This document shows, one piece after another, positions 60,081-64,000 of a stretch of DNA of 64,000 nt (position 1 is its first letter; the number at the start of each line of letters is the position of its first letter). Source of the DNA: Patescibacteria group bacterium (GTDB lineage: Bacteria; Patescibacteriota; UBA1384; JBBRAU01); contig JBBRAU010000001.1 of assembly GCA_038206475.1 (NCBI GenBank), positions 141,732 through 205,731 of the forward strand. Reading direction: 5' to 3'. A program made the position numbers and the translations under genes. The notes below the pieces were generated by a model that saw only the letters and a program-made list of their open reading frames with translations, made no database searches and was not told the origin of the DNA.

Positions 60081-60711
60081 CCAGGCGCGACAGGAGTTGC
60101 TCTGGCGCCTGTTGCCGGGATTGCCGGCCAGCGCTGTTTTAGCCGACGGCACCGCGATTGCGTTGCAGCTCGGACACCGGCTGTCGTATGATTTTGATTT
60201 TTTTCTGCTCGAAACGCTGCCAACTACACTTAGTCGTCAGCTTGCTCAGGTGGTTACTATTAGCCTGATCGAGCGCGATACACCCGATGAGCTAACCTTT
60301 TTTAGTGCCAATCAGGTGAAATGCAGTGTGGTTGCCTACCCGTTCACCATGCCGGAGCCGCCGTTTCTTGCCGATCACGGCTTGCGCCTGTATTCGTTAT
60401 TTGATTTGACGATCCAAAAGGCGTACACTATTGGCCGGCGGCCAGCCTATCGTGATTACTACGATCTTTATTGCCTCTTCCATAGCCAGGTGATCACGCT
60501 GCCGGCGGTTATAGCGGCCGGTCAAAAGTGTTATGGCAGCCTCTTTAATCCGAAACTCTTCCTGGAGCAACTTACCTACTTCGATGACTTGCCGGAGCGG
60601 AGTATCACCCCGGCACCGGGTGCGCTCGCGGCAGCAGAGAACGATCTCAGGCACTATTTTGAACAGCTGGTTGGTGCCTACATTGACACCGCAATGCCCC
60701 GCGCCGAGTAG
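60046..60711 (+). CDS. AbiEii/AbiGii-family nucleotidyltransferase toxin
   Basis: LADGTAIALQLGHRLSYDFDFF, KAYTIGRR...RDYYDLY, LTYFDD. Confidence 0.85.
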   Translation: MPTSPLRLDILDQARQELLWRLLPGLPASAVLADGTAIALQLGHRLSYDFDFFLLETLPTTLSRQLAQVVTISLIERDTPDELTFFSANQVKCSVVAYPFTMPEPPFLADHGLRLYSLFDLTIQKAYTIGRRPAYRDYYDLYCLFHSQVITLPAVIAAGQKCYGSLFNPKLFLEQLTYFDDLPERSITPAPGALAAAENDLRHYFEQLVGAYIDTAMPRAE

Positions 60712-60716
60712 ATCAG

Positions 60717-61988
60717 CTAGAGATACTCTACATTGTGGCTGGTTAACTCTTCATGCTGCCGCTCGGCCAAGCGTTTGGCCTGTTCGCGCCGCAACTTCCG
60801 CATTTGACGTGACGATTCCGATTTTTTGACGGCAACATCGTAAAGTTTAATAAACTGAGCGGCAATTAATTTCCAGGAAAAGCGCTCTTCAGCGGTTCTA
60901 CGAGCATTTTCGGCCAGGTGAGCACGCAGCTCCTTGTCGTCCAAAATTTTATTAACGGCTTCGGCAATTTCTTTGGCCGATCGCGCCCGGACCAAAAAGC
61001 CATTCTGACCATTCTTAACAGCCAGCGGAATGCCGCCTTTTCTGCTGGCGACAACCGGGGTGGATGAAGCCATCGCTTCTAGGGCAACCAGGCCCAGCGG
61101 TTCGTCCCAGATAGACGGGAAAACAACCACGTCAGCGCGTCGGTAGAACATCAATAAGTCGTTGGCTTGCTCGTCGCCAAAGTAGCCCAAAAAGTGCACA
61201 TTAGTCAGGTCTAGTTTTTTCGTCAGACGCTCAAGGTTTTTGCGCTCTTCACCGTCACCAATAATATAAATGTCACCTTTAATTTTTGATGCAGCTTTGA
61301 GGAGATATTCTACACCCTTAATTTTCGTTAGTTTCCCAGAGAACATGACCACATTTTTACCACGAAGGTGGTACTTTTCTTCAATTGGTCGAATTGGGCC
61401 AGTTTTGGGGTAGGTTTTGAGGTCAATGCCGCCAGTGATGATTCGGGTTTTCCAGGCAAGCTTGCGGCCGAAAATGCGCAACATCCAACTCTTGGTATGG
61501 CCAGAAACCGGCACCACAAATTCTGCTCGCTGGAGGGCGTCGCGAGTGAGGGCGAGATAGCGGGTGTCAACCGCGGCGGCCATGACGCTCGTGCCATGCT
61601 CGGAGACGACGTAGTTAATACCATAGATGCCCTTAATGTACGAGGCGATCCAGGTAAACAAACTTGAGTGATGAATATGCAAAACGTCTGGTTTGAACTC
61701 TTCCACTGCGCTCACGACAGCGTTAAAGAAGGCGCTGTAGAGGTCTGAGATTTCGGCATCGGAGAGATCGGTGTAGCGTTTGGCATCAGGCCACTCAGGG
61801 TGCATGGTAAATGCGGCGTGCAAAGGCATTTTCACTGGATACATTGTGATGCCTGGCAGCGGTCGGTGCTCTGGAGCGATAATAGCCACCTCGTGACCAG
61901 CCTTCACCAAGTTCTCCGCTAATTTACGGGTATAAGTGCCGGAGCCGCTGCCCCAAAGCGGAAAACAGAGGGCATGAAGTACTTTCAT
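60717..61988 (-). CDS. GT4 glycosyltransferase
   Basis: GSG.YT..LA..L...GHEV, EHGT, KG..YLL.A, PSIWDEPLGLVALEAM. Confidence 0.93.
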   Translation of the reverse strand: MKVLHALCFPLWGSGSGTYTRKLAENLVKAGHEVAIIAPEHRPLPGITMYPVKMPLHAAFTMHPEWPDAKRYTDLSDAEISDLYSAFFNAVVSAVEEFKPDVLHIHHSSLFTWIASYIKGIYGINYVVSEHGTSVMAAAVDTRYLALTRDALQRAEFVVPVSGHTKSWMLRIFGRKLAWKTRIITGGIDLKTYPKTGPIRPIEEKYHLRGKNVVMFSGKLTKIKGVEYLLKAASKIKGDIYIIGDGEERKNLERLTKKLDLTNVHFLGYFGDEQANDLLMFYRRADVVVFPSIWDEPLGLVALEAMASSTPVVASRKGGIPLAVKNGQNGFLVRARSAKEIAEAVNKILDDKELRAHLAENARRTAEERFSWKLIAAQFIKLYDVAVKKSESSRQMRKLRREQAKRLAERQHEELTSHNVEYL

Positions 61989-62038
61989 TTTTATAATTAA
62001 ACCATAAATTAATCAAAATTGGAAGGTTCAGCAGGCGA

Positions 62039-62425
62039 TTATCTGGAAACGCTGTGAGTTTGTAGCCAGCCGGCAATCATTTTTTCATCTACCTCACTAT
62101 TTGCAGCTTGGAGTGCGAGTATAATTGCTTGGTCGGTGCCGAAGTCGACACGTTGCCCATTGCGCTCCAGAAAAATAGCGCAAGCGGCAATGGCAGTGCG
62201 TTTATTGCCGTCGAGAAAAGCGCGATTATTGACAAGTGAATGCAGTAACACGGCCGCTTTGTGCCAAACGGTCGGATAGGCTTCTTGGCCAGTAAACGCG
62301 GCTTGTGGTCGGGCTACCGCTGAGTCAACCAGACCAAAATCACGCACACCATCACCGCCACCTGTCTGACAAACAATTAAGGCGTGTAATCGGGCTACCT
62401 CCGCAGCGGTGAGGCAGTGCATCAC
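62039..62425 (-). CDS. doc: Doc/Fic-family toxin (motif His replaced by Arg)
   Basis: GVRD.GL..SA..RP, KAA.LLHSL, NRAFLDGNKRTA. Confidence 0.88.
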   Translation of the reverse strand: MMHCLTAAEVARLHALIVCQTGGGDGVRDFGLVDSAVARPQAAFTGQEAYPTVWHKAAVLLHSLVNNRAFLDGNKRTAIAACAIFLERNGQRVDFGTDQAIILALQAANSEVDEKMIAGWLQTHSVSR

Positions 62426-62652
62426 TACAAATCAGCAAGACGGCGTAGCTGGTCGCGGTAGCGATCAATAAAACGGCCAGCTTCCTGATCTATAGTGGTG
62501 CCAGCGTCGCTGGCCGCGATGCCGGGCGGATTGAGACGTGCAACCTCTTGGCCATGACGAAGAATACGGTAAGTCACCCGTTCTGTGCGTACTTCATCTA
62601 ACAGTTCGGCGAAGCGCTGACGCGTCTCAGCGGTTGAGATAGTTTTTTCCAT
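62425..62652 (-). CDS. Phd/YefM-family antitoxin
   Basis: ISTAETRQRFAELLDEV....Y.I.RHG..VA.L; overlaps the doc start. Confidence 0.85.
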   Translation of the reverse strand: MEKTISTAETRQRFAELLDEVRTERVTYRILRHGQEVARLNPPGIAASDAGTTIDQEAGRFIDRYRDQLRRLADL

Positions 62653-62658
62653 AGTTTA

Positions 62659-62677
62659 TTTGTACATATTGTACAAA
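62659..62677. promoter_or_regulatory. Palindromic operator upstream of phd-doc
   Basis: TTTGTACA-tat-TGTACAAA just upstream of the antitoxin ATG, consistent with TA autorepression. Confidence 0.65.
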
Positions 62678-62691
62678 ATACTGTTAGGCGG

Positions 62692-63750
62692 TTAGCGAAT
62701 TACTTTGGCCGCTGCAGCCAGGTAGCTTTGGGTCATCACTTGGGCCGAGAAATGGTTCTCGATATAATCCCGGCAGGCCTGGCGGTCGATCTGATCAATT
62801 TTACCGATGGCTGTTGCCATCTGGCGTGGATTATGCACGATAAAGCCCACTTGGCCTGGCGCAATAACTTCTGGCACAGCGCCGTGGGGGTAAGCGATAA
62901 CGGGCGTGCCGCAAGCGAGGGCTTCAATCATAATCAAACCAAACGGCTCTGGCCATTTGGTTGGAAACAATACTGCGCGGGCGTGTTGGTAATAAGGCAG
63001 TTTTTGGTCGGCGTTAATTTCGCCCAAGTAGCGGACAAGATGTCCGTCAACGTGCGGTCCAATGAACTGATTGAAGTATTTTTGATCGCGCACTTTTCCG
63101 GCCATTACAAGTGGGAAACCGGCGCGCTTAGCGGCCAAGATAGCGTCCAGCGGATTCTTGTGCTCGCCGATGGTGCCAATCCAAAACAAGAAGTCTCGTT
63201 TTGGGCGCTCAATCATGGGGAAAGCGGCCAGCTCAACGCCGTTATAAACGGTAGCTATAAAATTAGTCAAATCCTTCCAGCGGCCGCGCTGGTTGTTGGA
63301 GATGCTAATCGCGAAGGCTCGCGAATTATCATTCAGAACAGTAATGTTCTCGGCTAAGATGGGCAGATGGAACACTGAGATAAGTGGCGTCCTGAGAATG
63401 TTTGTCAGCGGTGCGAATGCCACTTCACCCCGGGTGTGGTTGAAGATAACGTCAAATTCCTGATCATGTTTCAGTAAATAGTCGGCGACCAGGGCAAAAT
63501 AGGTCATCTCTAGGCGCAGTTTACGGCTGGACTCCTCGGCGGCCAGATTTTGGGGCAAATCATTTAAGGCTTTGGGAAATATTTGGACGTGTTGAATGCC
63601 GCGCAAATGCGCCTGGCCAGCGTGGAAAAGGGTGACTTGGTGACCAAGCCGAACTAGCTCTCGCGCTTTAACCGAGAGAACGTTTTCTGTGCCACCCTGA
63701 CCGCTTGGTGGAATATTGAGAAAAGGTGGCGCGATGAGAGCGATATGCAT
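62692..63750 (-). CDS. GT4 glycosyltransferase
   Basis: IAPPF..IPP.G.GGTE, GHQVTLF, WPEPFGLIMIEALACGTPVI. Confidence 0.93.
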   Translation of the reverse strand: MHIALIAPPFLNIPPSGQGGTENVLSVKARELVRLGHQVTLFHAGQAHLRGIQHVQIFPKALNDLPQNLAAEESSRKLRLEMTYFALVADYLLKHDQEFDVIFNHTRGEVAFAPLTNILRTPLISVFHLPILAENITVLNDNSRAFAISISNNQRGRWKDLTNFIATVYNGVELAAFPMIERPKRDFLFWIGTIGEHKNPLDAILAAKRAGFPLVMAGKVRDQKYFNQFIGPHVDGHLVRYLGEINADQKLPYYQHARAVLFPTKWPEPFGLIMIEALACGTPVIAYPHGAVPEVIAPGQVGFIVHNPRQMATAIGKIDQIDRQACRDYIENHFSAQVMTQSYLAAAAKVIR

Positions 63751-63850
63751 AGCTCCAGCCTAGCGCGAAAGCGCTAAAAATGCACTGCTCAGAAGCTGTG
63801 GCTATCCCTGAGAGTCAAAATATGAGAGCCTGAAGTAGCAGGAGGTTCCA

Positions 63851-64000
63851 ATGAAGATTGTTCAACTTTCAACGCTCTGGGAACGGACGCCCCCGACAAA
63901 GTATGGTGGCCTCGAGCTTGTGGTTTCGAATTTAACTGAAGAGCTTGTTGCCCGTGGTCATGAAGTGACCTTGTTTGCGACAGGCGACTCCAAGACAAAC
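63851..64000 (+). CDS. GT4 glycosyltransferase, partial (5' end)
   Basis: SD GGAGG; MKIVQLSTLWERTPPTKYGGLELVVSNLTEELVARGHEVTLFATGDS runs off the window. Confidence 0.9.
   Translation, partial: MKIVQLSTLWERTPPTKYGGLELVVSNLTEELVARGHEVTLFATGDSKTN

Overview
64 kb of bacterial chromosome in the standard genetic code (TGA is used as a stop). The gene content suggests Patescibacteria/CPR (inference): housekeeping genes, many type IV pilins, a giant fibre protein, no outer-membrane genes. Housekeeping blocks: mutY(frameshifted)-bcp-ftsH-murJ-polA-holA; lepB, rpsT; nrnA-like-rpsO-pnp-udg-rnj; pyrG, lepA; grpE-dnaK-dnaJ-like; comEC, yebC-ruvC-galT. There are four tRNAs: a rare Ile(UAU), an atypical initiator-type Met, an elongator Met and Lys(UUU). 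Main observations: (1) a family of small covarying hairpin elements built on duplicated tRNA ends and oriented towards three tRNAs, all with C-GNA-G loops on one DNA strand; (2) a 13.5-kb surface-appendage locus with two WxL/fimbrial-like subunits, two membrane-anchored DUF916/chaperone-like proteins, a 2738-aa mosaic phage-fibre-like adhesin and a pilin; (3) four pilins with an invariant N-terminus and variable heads; (4) an AbiE-type TA module flanked by two alleles of a glycosyltransferase 3' end, and two TA toxins with substitutions in conserved motifs; (5) recurrent leaderless promoters, a non-CIRCE palindrome in the grpE promoter, and several long structured leaders. All family assignments come from motif recognition by eye, not database searches.
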